This document shows positions 1 through 7,813 of a stretch of 28,730 nucleotides of DNA, piece by piece. Source of the stretch: a virus (lineage: Duplodnaviria; Caudoviricetes); the IMG/VR virus record IMGVR_UViG_3300017766_005144, positions 1-28,730 of that record; one strand, 5' to 3'. A model generated the notes under the pieces. The model made no database searches. It saw only the letters and a program-made list of their open reading frames with translations, and was not told the origin of the DNA. The position numbers and the translations under genes are program-made. Position 1 is the first letter of the stretch. Each line of letters begins with the position of its first letter.

Positions 1-1326
1 ATCCACTTCGTCCAGCTCCACCAGGCTCCAGTCGTTCGGTCTTTCTGCAAACATCACCGTGGATCTGTTGTTCCTCGCAGCCGCCATGTCCGAGCTGGCA
101 GCGGCATAAAGGGTGGATCCGTGTGGCTTGTCCACGCCTTCGATGGTGGGATCGATCAGGTTTGCTGCATTCTGCTGCCGCGCAGCCAGTATGGATTCCT
201 GGGTGTCTCCCCTGCTGTCATCGGGTCGATACTGCTCCCTTGGCACTGGAATGAAGCAGTCCTTTATCAGAGATATGGACTTGGCTGAGACAACGGAATA
301 GGCGCCGGTGCTGTCTATGTGCTCTCGGAACACGCCGTACTCGTCCTGGGTCTTTGCTTCGTCGGTACCCGAAGTCCTGGTCTGCTCCAATCCAGGCACG
401 GTGACGTACCTTAGGCTTACGTTGCCCAAGTATCCGTCAAATGAAGTAGATCTCCACCAGCCTACCTGGCCCTCCTCCTCGGGCTTGTACTTGCCTACGA
501 TGTCCTCGGGGCCTGGATTCTTGGATCGTGCCTTGGCTTCTGTCTTTGCGATCGGGTCGTACTGTGCCGTACCGCCAAGTGATTCGGCGGAATACGCATT
601 CAGTCTCTTTACCTCGGTGTAGTCCCCTACGTCGTTGAAGGCCTGGACCTCTGCACCAGCCGTAAGCTGCTCGAAGTTGTAACCGGAAAGCCGCAGCAAG
701 GAATCCACATAGTGGCATTCGACGGAGCACTCTGCGCTGGCCCTCAGTGAAGCCTGCAGGGAGCTTATGAACAACCCGCAGCCAAACCTGCTCAGCATCG
801 TCGTGTCGCCTGGATACGTGTCTATTGGCTTGCCGCCATTGAAGTTGGTGATCGGAGCCATCAGGCACTTGGCCGAGATCTTGTCCCTGTATGAGCCTAC
901 TGGAGAGCTCGGTACCATCTCGGGGCTGCCAAAGTAATTAACCGGGCCCAGATAGGAACTTATCGACCCCAGTACAACGGCATTCGCCACACCCAATCCA
1001 GGGGCATGCATCGCCAGTACGCTCGTACCTACGCCAAACAGGGAGCCTACCTTTGTCGAGGAGCCTATGGATGCGCCGGCATAGTCCAAAGGAATGCCGT
1101 ATAGTTCGTCCATTCCAGTCAGCCGCAGCTTATAGCAATGCAGCTGCTGGTTTACCTCTACAACAGTCGCTACAAAGACCAATGGCTGGCTGGATGCCAG
1201 GCTAAAAGGGTCTTTTTCAGCCCCTCTTGCTGCAGCAAAGGCTCGGCTCTCTGGCGCGGTGTTTACTGTGGCAGGCGAGTCGCCATCAGGAACGGTGGTG
1301 TTTGTCTTAAATAGAGAGCTGGACAT
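1..1326 (-). CDS. Putative baseplate hub/spike protein with gp5/VgrG/GpV-like N-terminal OB-fold (partial, at least 442 aa, runs off left edge)
   Basis: Not in the ORF track because it has no stop in the window. Manual translation from ATG at 1326 is open to base 1 (MSSSLFKTNTTVPDGDSP...WSLVELDEVD). The segment FVATVVEVNQQLHCYKLRLTG...GSLFGVGTSVLAMHAPGLGVANAVVLGSI fits the gp5/GpV OB-fold pattern, and the gene follows the tail tube. Confidence 0.6.
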   Translation of the reverse strand, partial: MSSSLFKTNTTVPDGDSPATVNTAPESRAFAAARGAEKDPFSLASSQPLVFVATVVEVNQQLHCYKLRLTGMDELYGIPLDYAGASIGSSTKVGSLFGVGTSVLAMHAPGLGVANAVVLGSISSYLGPVNYFGSPEMVPSSPVGSYRDKISAKCLMAPITNFNGGKPIDTYPGDTTMLSRFGCGLFISSLQASLRASAECSVECHYVDSLLRLSGYNFEQLTAGAEVQAFNDVGDYTEVKRLNAYSAESLGGTAQYDPIAKTEAKARSKNPGPEDIVGKYKPEEEGQVGWWRSTSFDGYLGNVSLRYVTVPGLEQTRTSGTDEAKTQDEYGVFREHIDSTGAYSVVSAKSISLIKDCFIPVPREQYRPDDSRGDTQESILAARQQNAANLIDPTIEGVDKPHGSTLYAAASSDMAAARNNRSTVMFAERPNDWSLVELDEVD

Positions 1327-1358
1327 AAAAAACTAGGGCTCCTTTGCGGAGCCCTAGT
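1327..1358 (-). terminator. Intrinsic terminator after tail tube gene
   Basis: Minus strand ACTAGGGCTCC-GCAAA-GGAGCCCTAGT-TTTTT: perfect 11-bp stem (1332-1342/1348-1358), 5-nt loop, U-tract at 1327-1332. Confidence 0.85.
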
Positions 1359-1383
1359 ATACCTTTTAGAGGATGTTGATCAA
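1356..1383 (-). promoter_or_regulatory. Putative promoter TTGATC-16nt-TATACT overlapping the terminator 5' arm
   Basis: TTGATC at 1383-1378 and TATACT at 1361-1356, preceded by GG as in the other intergenic -10 motifs. Confidence 0.45.
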
Positions 1384-1384
1384 C

Positions 1385-1870
1385 TTATCCGATTTCAAGC
1401 GAAGCAAAGATGAGCTGAGCCTGCTCGGAAACCAGAGCGTTATCGACAGTCATGCTGAATCCGACCGAGGTTACGACCGGATTGTGGATGATGAAAGTCT
1501 CGTTTACGATTGCATTTGGATTTGGCGGGCCAACAAAGTTTGGATCTGAGCAACCTCCAAGACCTCTCATGGTAAAGGACTTTTGAATGTTGCATACGTT
1601 TCCATACGTAGTGTAGAACTGCTTGACCGTACCTCCTGGTCCTACGACCTTGCCAAGGCTCATGGTGCCCTGTGAGCGGCCTGCAACGTAGTATACGTCC
1701 TCAGGCTTAGTGAGGTCGTATACCAGGGTTACCTGCTGCTGGTACTGAAGCTGGATGTTCTGAACAAGAAGCCCCTTCTCAATGCCATCAAAGGTAAGTT
1801 CAGCACTGTCGATGCTGAAGGCACCTGATGGAGACTTTACTGCTCTACTAAAAATATCTGAATTTGCCAT
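1385..1870 (-). CDS. Tail tube protein
   Basis: 161 aa, beta-rich (LLVQNIQLQYQQQVTLVYDL...YYVAGRSQGTMSLGKV), directly downstream of the sheath and followed by a strong terminator. Size and position are typical of a contractile tail tube. Confidence 0.8.
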   Translation of the reverse strand: MANSDIFSRAVKSPSGAFSIDSAELTFDGIEKGLLVQNIQLQYQQQVTLVYDLTKPEDVYYVAGRSQGTMSLGKVVGPGGTVKQFYTTYGNVCNIQKSFTMRGLGGCSDPNFVGPPNPNAIVNETFIIHNPVVTSVGFSMTVDNALVSEQAQLIFASLEIG

Positions 1871-1887
1871 TTGGGTCTAGGCCTTTC

Positions 1888-4659
1888 TTAGATTACGAGG
1901 GTGATATCGATGGTGTTCATTGGGAGAGGAACGCCGATGGAAATGCTCACCTTTACGGTGTCCTGGGCGGTCTCTGGAACGGTGATCGAGTTGATGGTGT
2001 AGCTGGTAAGCTGAGGGCCTACGGTAGCAGAACCTGCATCTGAAGAAAGCTCTCCGAAGATAGAGACGATTCTGGAACGAACCAGACCGGTGTTTCTATC
2101 GGTGATGTTGACTCTGCCGACGAGGTCGCGAAGAGCGTCGCCGAGGGTGAACGAGATCGAGTCGACGTTCGAGGTAACCGACTGCTCCTTGCGGAAGAGG
2201 TCGATGGTCGAGGTCGAGAGCTGACGCTCTGCGTAGATCTTGCCGTCTTCGGTGTTGCGGACAACCCACACGCCGCCGTCGCGAAGAACCGACATGTCGT
2301 CTTCGTCGAATGCAACAAGGTTGGTGTTCGATCCGTCAAAGCCGAGCAGCTCGACGTTCGACAGGGGCTGCTGAGGACGAGAACCTGAGCGAAGGCCTGC
2401 GAAGGCTGCCGCCACGTTCCAGTTCTTTACAGAAACTCCACCCGACTTCATTCCACTGATGCCACGGTCGGGAACCACTGCGAAGACGCGCTCCGAGGAG
2501 AATCCACCGGAGATCTTCACGTACTCCTTAGCCAGTGCGTTCGAAGTAAGGTCACGGAACACCTCGAAACGAGAGTTAGCGACGATAAACGGATTGGAGG
2601 CTACTGCAAGCACGACGGTGTCGTTGTCTACGATGGCCTTTACGCGGTACTCGGCGAAAGTCTCGGTGCCGTTGTCGGCGATATTGAAGTTGGTGCGAAT
2701 GAGATCTCCAACCTGGAGGTTCTCAACGAACTTTGGCGAAAGGCCGGTGGTTGCGTTGAAATCAATGCTACCAGTAGACGAGTTGTAACTCGTAGTATTG
2801 GTGCTTCCGGTCAGCATCTGACCAGCGGAATCGGTAGACTGGAGGCGGAAGTGGGACTCGATTTCTGGAGCGATCCAGAGAATACGGAAGTTTCCTACTT
2901 CTGCAGCAGACTGCTGATTGACGTGTCCTACGAACGCGTTCCAGATCTCGGAATTCGTGGTAAGGGGTACGAGCGAGTAGCAGTTACGGACACCCTTTGC
3001 GACTGCAAGAGCATCGGCGAATCCACGCGTGCCGTTGAGGGTCTGCGAGATGGTCGGGATGAAGTGAACGGTTGCGCCGTTTGCATTCGTCCAGGCCTTG
3101 TAGACTGCGTAGGCCAGGAGGTTGTCTGGGTCGACGACTCCGAGCTGGGTGGTGATGTCGGACAGGGTGTTTACCGAACCGACCTCACGAGGCAGGGCCT
3201 TGAAGGCGCGGTACTGAACATACGCCTTGCCTGCGATTACGTAGCAGTCGACGTTTGGAACAGAGGCATCGCGAACAACGATAGTGCCTGCTGCGCTGCC
3301 GACCTCAAGGCGACGGAGAACAGGGTCTTCCGCATTCTTGAGCCGCCAGTTGAGCGCGCTGCCGTCTGGGTAGAAAGCAGGGACGTCAACGGTCTTCTTC
3401 TTGGAGAGGCGGACTACATCCGGCTCAACAGACTTTGCAGTGGAATCTGCAAACACTATGGTGGTGATTGCTCCGCTTGCACCTGCGTTCACTACGACCT
3501 GAATTACGTCCCCCTTGAGGAAGCCAGAAGGATACGTAGTTGAACCAGTAATGTTCAGGACGATTCCGTATGAGCCGATGGCAACGTCGATTGCGGTTGC
3601 AGTAGCACCCTGAACAGTGATGTTCTGAGGGGCATCGTAGCTGTTGTTTGTGGTAACACGGAACTTTACACCAGACTTGATTGCTCCACCGTCAGTGCAG
3701 GTTAGGCTGTAGACAGTAGACTGAGTGCCGCTGTAGGTAGTTCCCGACTTAAGAGTAGCGGTAGCTGCCTGGCTATGGCCTACGGTTACAGTGAAGGTCG
3801 TTACGCTGCCTGCGGCAATAAGGTTGAGAGCAGGAACAGTAAGAGCCAGACCGCTGGGAAGGGTCAGGGTTGCCGCTGCTGCCTGATTGCTGAAGGATGC
3901 GTTGTCCAGTCCTGTGTCGGTAGTTACGCTTACGTCGACGACGCTACCGGTGTTTCTGGTTACAGTTACCGTGTAGGCCGTGGTCTTCTTACCGACGCGG
4001 CGTGGGTCTGCAACCTGATTGGCGTCTGTATCAAGATACGCAGCCAATGGGGTTGCGGCAATCCAGCCTGCAACACCGACTGCCGCAGAGATGCCTTCAG
4101 TCGTGGCGCCTGAAGACACCAGCAGGGCATCTACAGGAGCGTTAATGCTGTTTACTGGGGCGGCTGCGATGAAGCCCGTGACAGTGGTCTCGTGAGTCTT
4201 GGTAAGAGTACCGCTGGCGTTGTCGTAGAAGGTTATGATATCGCCAACAGCGACGTCCTGGGGAATCGCACCTGAACGAGCGAAGCCAGTGGAGGCCTTC
4301 CATACTGGGCCAACGACGGTGTTGTCCTCGGGGCGGGTAAACGTCGCAGTGACAGTGGCGTAGTTGAGGTACGCGTCCTCGATGAACAGCTTGGCGTAGC
4401 TGGAATCGATGACTGCGCCGTCAGCAACTCCGGGAATCACGTAGTCAACAGCTGCTGCAAGCAGGTTGGGATTAGTGATGTTGTCGGTGCCGAGAGTGGT
4501 GTACGTGGCGAGGAAGCCGGTTGCCTTTTCGCTGGCAGTGCCATAGCGAACAAGCTGGCAAGAAGGCCCGATGATGCAGGCTCTGAGCTGCTGGGCCACG
4601 ATGTCTGGAGTTGTTTCAAACTCTCTTCTTACAATTACTGCTGGTTTGGGACTGGCCAT
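1888..4659 (-). CDS. Contractile tail sheath protein with large inserted beta-rich domains
   Basis: 923 aa. N-terminal PKPAVIVRREF..ACIIGP and C-terminal sheath-like core (AAAFAGLRSG..PQQPLSN; LRDGGVWVV; EQSVTSNVDSI; VKVSISIGVPLPMNTIDITLVI). The central ~400 aa are Thr/Ala/Val-rich. Confidence 0.88.
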   Translation of the reverse strand: MASPKPAVIVRREFETTPDIVAQQLRACIIGPSCQLVRYGTASEKATGFLATYTTLGTDNITNPNLLAAAVDYVIPGVADGAVIDSSYAKLFIEDAYLNYATVTATFTRPEDNTVVGPVWKASTGFARSGAIPQDVAVGDIITFYDNASGTLTKTHETTVTGFIAAAPVNSINAPVDALLVSSGATTEGISAAVGVAGWIAATPLAAYLDTDANQVADPRRVGKKTTAYTVTVTRNTGSVVDVSVTTDTGLDNASFSNQAAAATLTLPSGLALTVPALNLIAAGSVTTFTVTVGHSQAATATLKSGTTYSGTQSTVYSLTCTDGGAIKSGVKFRVTTNNSYDAPQNITVQGATATAIDVAIGSYGIVLNITGSTTYPSGFLKGDVIQVVVNAGASGAITTIVFADSTAKSVEPDVVRLSKKKTVDVPAFYPDGSALNWRLKNAEDPVLRRLEVGSAAGTIVVRDASVPNVDCYVIAGKAYVQYRAFKALPREVGSVNTLSDITTQLGVVDPDNLLAYAVYKAWTNANGATVHFIPTISQTLNGTRGFADALAVAKGVRNCYSLVPLTTNSEIWNAFVGHVNQQSAAEVGNFRILWIAPEIESHFRLQSTDSAGQMLTGSTNTTSYNSSTGSIDFNATTGLSPKFVENLQVGDLIRTNFNIADNGTETFAEYRVKAIVDNDTVVLAVASNPFIVANSRFEVFRDLTSNALAKEYVKISGGFSSERVFAVVPDRGISGMKSGGVSVKNWNVAAAFAGLRSGSRPQQPLSNVELLGFDGSNTNLVAFDEDDMSVLRDGGVWVVRNTEDGKIYAERQLSTSTIDLFRKEQSVTSNVDSISFTLGDALRDLVGRVNITDRNTGLVRSRIVSIFGELSSDAGSATVGPQLTSYTINSITVPETAQDTVKVSISIGVPLPMNTIDITLVI

Positions 4660-4665
4660 GTTGGG

Positions 4666-5340
4666 TCATGCTCCTAATTGGATTTCTGTGTTGTTTGGCA
4701 TTATAGCACTTACAAGTATCTGTCTCAACAAACGCGAAGACTCTGAGTTGAGCTCCCACGTATGTATTATCTCATATGATACAGGAATTGTAATTACAAT
4801 GTTTTCCTGTTGCTCGTCTATCTTTTGAGGCTCGGAAATTCCTGAAACTTCCCAGCGGTACATGTTCATCCATTCGCGCAACAGCGGTCCAAAATGGCAT
4901 AGGTAGGCATGTACTTCCCGGGCAAGCAGTTCGGCCTGCGCTATCGTCTTGGCGACGATGGTTATGGAGTGGGTGCCTGCGATGCGCTTGTAGTAGTCGT
5001 TGACCACTACAGCCTTGTCGCCAAGCAGCATCTTGGCTTCCTGCCAATTCCCAGACTTTACAAGAATAGCCGGGCGAATGCCTGCATCATTGATGTTAAA
5101 TGCAAACTTATCCTCAATTACGAGCTGGTAGGGGGCCTTGAGGGGGTCCTTGGTCGGCTCGGCAGCCCAGTAGAAGTCTTTTAATTGAGGGTGCAATAGA
5201 TTCGAAGAGCTGGAGAACAGCTGGCGAATCGTGTCGAGTATGACTCCGGTAATGGCTAACCTGTTGGGAAACTGAGCGCAAAGCTGAGTCTCCTCGTACA
5301 TGCTTTCAGGCTTGCCGATCTCCGTAGTGTCTTTGGCCAT
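4666..5340 (-). CDS. Putative tail terminator/tail completion protein (T4 gp15-like role)
   Basis: 224 aa immediately upstream of the sheath, with the RPAILVKSG...HSITIVAKTIAQAELLAREV pattern typical of tail-completion folds. Confidence 0.6.
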   Translation of the reverse strand: MAKDTTEIGKPESMYEETQLCAQFPNRLAITGVILDTIRQLFSSSSNLLHPQLKDFYWAAEPTKDPLKAPYQLVIEDKFAFNINDAGIRPAILVKSGNWQEAKMLLGDKAVVVNDYYKRIAGTHSITIVAKTIAQAELLAREVHAYLCHFGPLLREWMNMYRWEVSGISEPQKIDEQQENIVITIPVSYEIIHTWELNSESSRLLRQILVSAIMPNNTEIQLGA

Positions 5341-5347
5341 GTGAATT

Positions 5348-5356
5348 ATTGTACCT
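5348..5356 (-). promoter_or_regulatory. Putative -10 element AGGTACAAT, 7 nt upstream of ATG
   Basis: Lies in the ~100-bp AT-rich gap 5341-5443 and matches the recurring intergenic motif. No SD precedes the ATG at 5340. Confidence 0.5.
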
Positions 5357-5443
5357 AAAATACAAATTACTTGTTGTGCAATTTAAAAGTAGAATAAACA
5401 GTCAAGTTAAATGCACTATTTGTAAAACTTGCTATTTAGCAAA

Positions 5444-5869
5444 TTAAACTGCCAGGCCCAGGATTTGGTTCTTCCTTAGTTCCGAGATGATGCCTAGACC
5501 GACAATGTAGTCCATGCCCTGTAGGGTCATAGGGTCGTCGGTATGAATCTCCTGGGCGGCTTCGGCAAGCATGAGGAAGTCGGCCACCCCGTCGTCGGTC
5601 TTTGCCGTGTTTCTGATCACGGCTCGCTCTGCAGCCGTGAAGCGAAGCAGGAATTCGTAGGACGTGAATACCATGACTGGCGGAATAGGAGGAGGGGCTA
5701 TGAACCTAGGCGTATCCGAAGGGGCATACGTGCAGCCTATGTTGCAGTACTCTTCGTCGCCGACGGCCAGCTTCAGGTAATCATCTGAAAGGCCGATGTC
5801 CTGGGCTCCGTCCCAAATGATGATGTTCTCGACCACGTTGTCCTTGACCAGTGCCCATCTGTTGCTCAT
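5444..5869 (-). CDS. Small fibre-associated protein (tail-fibre assembly-like), 141 aa
   Basis: Start reassigned to ATG 5869 (AAGGAG 6 nt upstream). The N-terminus RWALVKDNVVENIIIWDG and C-terminus EFLLRFTAAERAVI...LGIISELRKNQIL resemble small proteins that follow Gly-rich phage fibre genes. Confidence 0.55.
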   Translation of the reverse strand: MSNRWALVKDNVVENIIIWDGAQDIGLSDDYLKLAVGDEEYCNIGCTYAPSDTPRFIAPPPIPPVMVFTSYEFLLRFTAAERAVIRNTAKTDDGVADFLMLAEAAQEIHTDDPMTLQGMDYIVGLGIISELRKNQILGLAV

Positions 5870-5880
5870 GTGTTGCTCCT

Positions 5881-6834
5881 TTACGAGATTGCCATTATGA
5901 CGCAATAGGCGTTGCCGCCATTGCCTCCGGTGCCTCCGTTGTTCGGATCCCGAGCTCCGCCACCTCCACCGCCTCCACCGCCTCGGTATCCGTTGCCTCC
6001 TCTGCCGCCGGCGGAAGACGCTCCACCGCCGCCGCCTGAGCCACCTAGGCCAGGACTAAATGCGTCCATTATGTGCAGATACGAGTCAGTTCCGTTTGCA
6101 CCGACGGCGCCGCCGCTATAAATGGTGTGGGCGTAGTACAGGGTAGTCGGATTCGCCGGCACCTGAGCCCGCGGGTTGGCCACACCTCCAGCCTGGTAGT
6201 CAGTGGTCTGGCACATTACCGCTCCGCCTGCAGAGCCTAAGTTTGCAGTGCTTACGCCTCCACCACCGGCACCGCTGCCATCCTGACGGTACTGGACTAA
6301 CGCAGATCCTCCTGCAGAGCTGTTTCCTCCAGCCCCTCCATTGGTAATTCTGCTGGGTCGGAAGTTCAAGCAGTTGCTCTGGATGCCTCCCGCTCCTCCT
6401 CCTCCGCCACTACCTCCAGATCCACCGGAGCCACCCTGCAGTGATAGCAAGTATCCTTGCTTTCCGTTTACCTGGATTCTGGTTCGGCCTCCTTGTCCTC
6501 CGGCGGCAGCTAAACCTCCTAGCGTGGTGGCTCCTGAGCCGCCTAAGCCTCCTGCACCAAGCAATATGTTTAGCGTAGTGCCTGCACCGCCTATGCTAGG
6601 CACAAATAGCAGGCCGTGATAAAAGGCTCCCCCACCGCCGCCACCGCCGCCAGTTGCATTGGTACCTGAAGCTGTTCTAGCTCCTCCAGCACCTCCACCT
6701 CCAGCAGCCACTATGAAGACGTATAAAAAGGTGGCGTTATTAGGTATGACATATGTCCCGCTCGTGTCGAACGTGGCCTTGTTTACGACCCTTTGGGCTT
6801 CAAGCGACGGATATGAGTTGAAGTTGCCGTTCAT
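5881..6834 (-). CDS. Glycine-rich fibre tip/receptor-binding-like protein, paralog 3
   Basis: 317 aa: TFDTSGTYVIP...LYVFIVAAGGGG N-terminus and GGNGYRGGGGGGGGGAR...GGNGGNAYCVIMAIS C-terminus. Confidence 0.7.
   Translation of the reverse strand: MNGNFNSYPSLEAQRVVNKATFDTSGTYVIPNNATFLYVFIVAAGGGGAGGARTASGTNATGGGGGGGGAFYHGLLFVPSIGGAGTTLNILLGAGGLGGSGATTLGGLAAAGGQGGRTRIQVNGKQGYLLSLQGGSGGSGGSGGGGGAGGIQSNCLNFRPSRITNGGAGGNSSAGGSALVQYRQDGSGAGGGGVSTANLGSAGGAVMCQTTDYQAGGVANPRAQVPANPTTLYYAHTIYSGGAVGANGTDSYLHIMDAFSPGLGGSGGGGGASSAGGRGGNGYRGGGGGGGGGARDPNNGGTGGNGGNAYCVIMAIS
5951..6000. repeat. 50-bp repeat, copy 1 (3' end of Gly-rich paralogs)
   Basis: 48/50 identical to 6909-6958, with a more diverged copy at 7884-7933. 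Encodes GGNGYRGGGGGGGGGAR. Confidence 0.85.
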
Positions 6835-6838
6835 GAGA

Positions 6839-7810
6839 TTACCTCAATGCTGCAAGTATAACGTAGCCATTGCCGCCTCTTCCACCAGCACCAGCAGCAA
6901 AGGTGTTTCGAGCTCCACCACCTCCACCACCTCCACCGCCTCGGTATCCGTTGCCTCCATTCGACGCTGCGGCTGTGGCTCCGCCGCCGCCGCCAGCACC
7001 TCCAAAGCCGGATGAGAAGTTGGTAAAAATATGTCGGTCTGCTGATTGTCCCGCGACGCCACCATTAGTGCCGCCTCCGGCGAATACGGTGGTTCCGGGA
7101 TTCAAACCTGGATTTTCATTGTAAGGAAATAGGGCGACAGGATAGAGGGAGTTCTCCGCAGCTACAAGTATGTTGCCTCCGACTCCAGGCAGATTGTTGG
7201 TGCCGTTTACGCCGCAGCCGGGACTGCCTGCGTTATAGGCGGGCCCCTCTACTACGTAGTTTACGGTAGCGTTTGTGTTTCCGCTTAAACCCGCTAAGTT
7301 TGTAGTAAGAGACCCTAGAATTAAACTAGTCCGGACAGATCCTGCGTTTCCTCCAACGTTAGACCCTCCGGCACCGCCTCCGCCTCCAACCAGATATAAA
7401 AAGGGGTGCCACTCACCTTGACCATATATGCCTCCGAGGCCTTTATAGGCCAAGCTAGTGTCGCCTCCGTTATTTGCACTACCGCCTGTCGTGTTATCTG
7501 CGGTGGCTGCAGTACCGCCAGCAGAGCCGGCGCCTATGGTTATCTGTATGCTGACTCCAGGTATGGCGACTACTTCCTCAGGAAGAAAGCCTATGAATTG
7601 GGCTCCTCCCGATCCCGGTCCGCCTCCAAATGAATTGGTGCCGACAGCTCGTCTACCGCCTCCACCACCGCCGCCTCCTCCAGCTATGGCAAATGCGTAT
7701 ATCGCCCTAGCGCCATTTGGAACAGTATATATTCCACTGGTGTCGAACTCGCGAATGTCCAGGATTCTAGGGTTGTCTTTGCTTGGAAATCCAAAAAATC
7801 CAAAGTTCAT
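6839..7810 (-). CDS. Glycine-rich fibre tip/receptor-binding-like protein, paralog 2
   Basis: 323 aa: MNFGFFGFPS...EFDTSGIYTVP...IYAFAIAGGGG, with the same C-terminal GGNGYRGGGG motif. Confidence 0.7.
   Translation of the reverse strand: MNFGFFGFPSKDNPRILDIREFDTSGIYTVPNGARAIYAFAIAGGGGGGGGGRRAVGTNSFGGGPGSGGAQFIGFLPEEVVAIPGVSIQITIGAGSAGGTAATADNTTGGSANNGGDTSLAYKGLGGIYGQGEWHPFLYLVGGGGGAGGSNVGGNAGSVRTSLILGSLTTNLAGLSGNTNATVNYVVEGPAYNAGSPGCGVNGTNNLPGVGGNILVAAENSLYPVALFPYNENPGLNPGTTVFAGGGTNGGVAGQSADRHIFTNFSSGFGGAGGGGGATAAASNGGNGYRGGGGGGGGGARNTFAAGAGGRGGNGYVILAALR
6909..6958. repeat. 50-bp repeat, copy 2
   Basis: Differs from 5951-6000 at only two synonymous positions. Confidence 0.85.
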
Positions 7811-7813
7811 GGG

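Noticed and set aside
437-868. 143-aa minus-strand ORF in the track
   Set aside because: It is out of frame inside the longer 1-1326 ORF, and its Arg-rich composition is typical of a wrong frame.
1-5340. Extracellular contractile injection system, tailocin or T6SS
   Set aside because: The sheath, tube and spike are linked to a capsid, protease, scaffold and neck genes, so this is a complete phage morphogenesis module.
5341-5443. Short inverted repeat TTGCTA-TT-TAGCAA (5429-5442) and a possible antisense promoter TTACTT-17-TAGAAT in the AT-rich gap
   Set aside because: Such matches are expected by chance in AT-rich DNA. The short palindromes near other promoters (1375-1384, 12652-12663) share no sequence with it, so no operator family is supported.
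5870-5905. Start at 5905 for the 153-aa ORF
   Set aside because: It overlaps the upstream gene, whereas ATG 5869 has a well-spaced AAGGAG.
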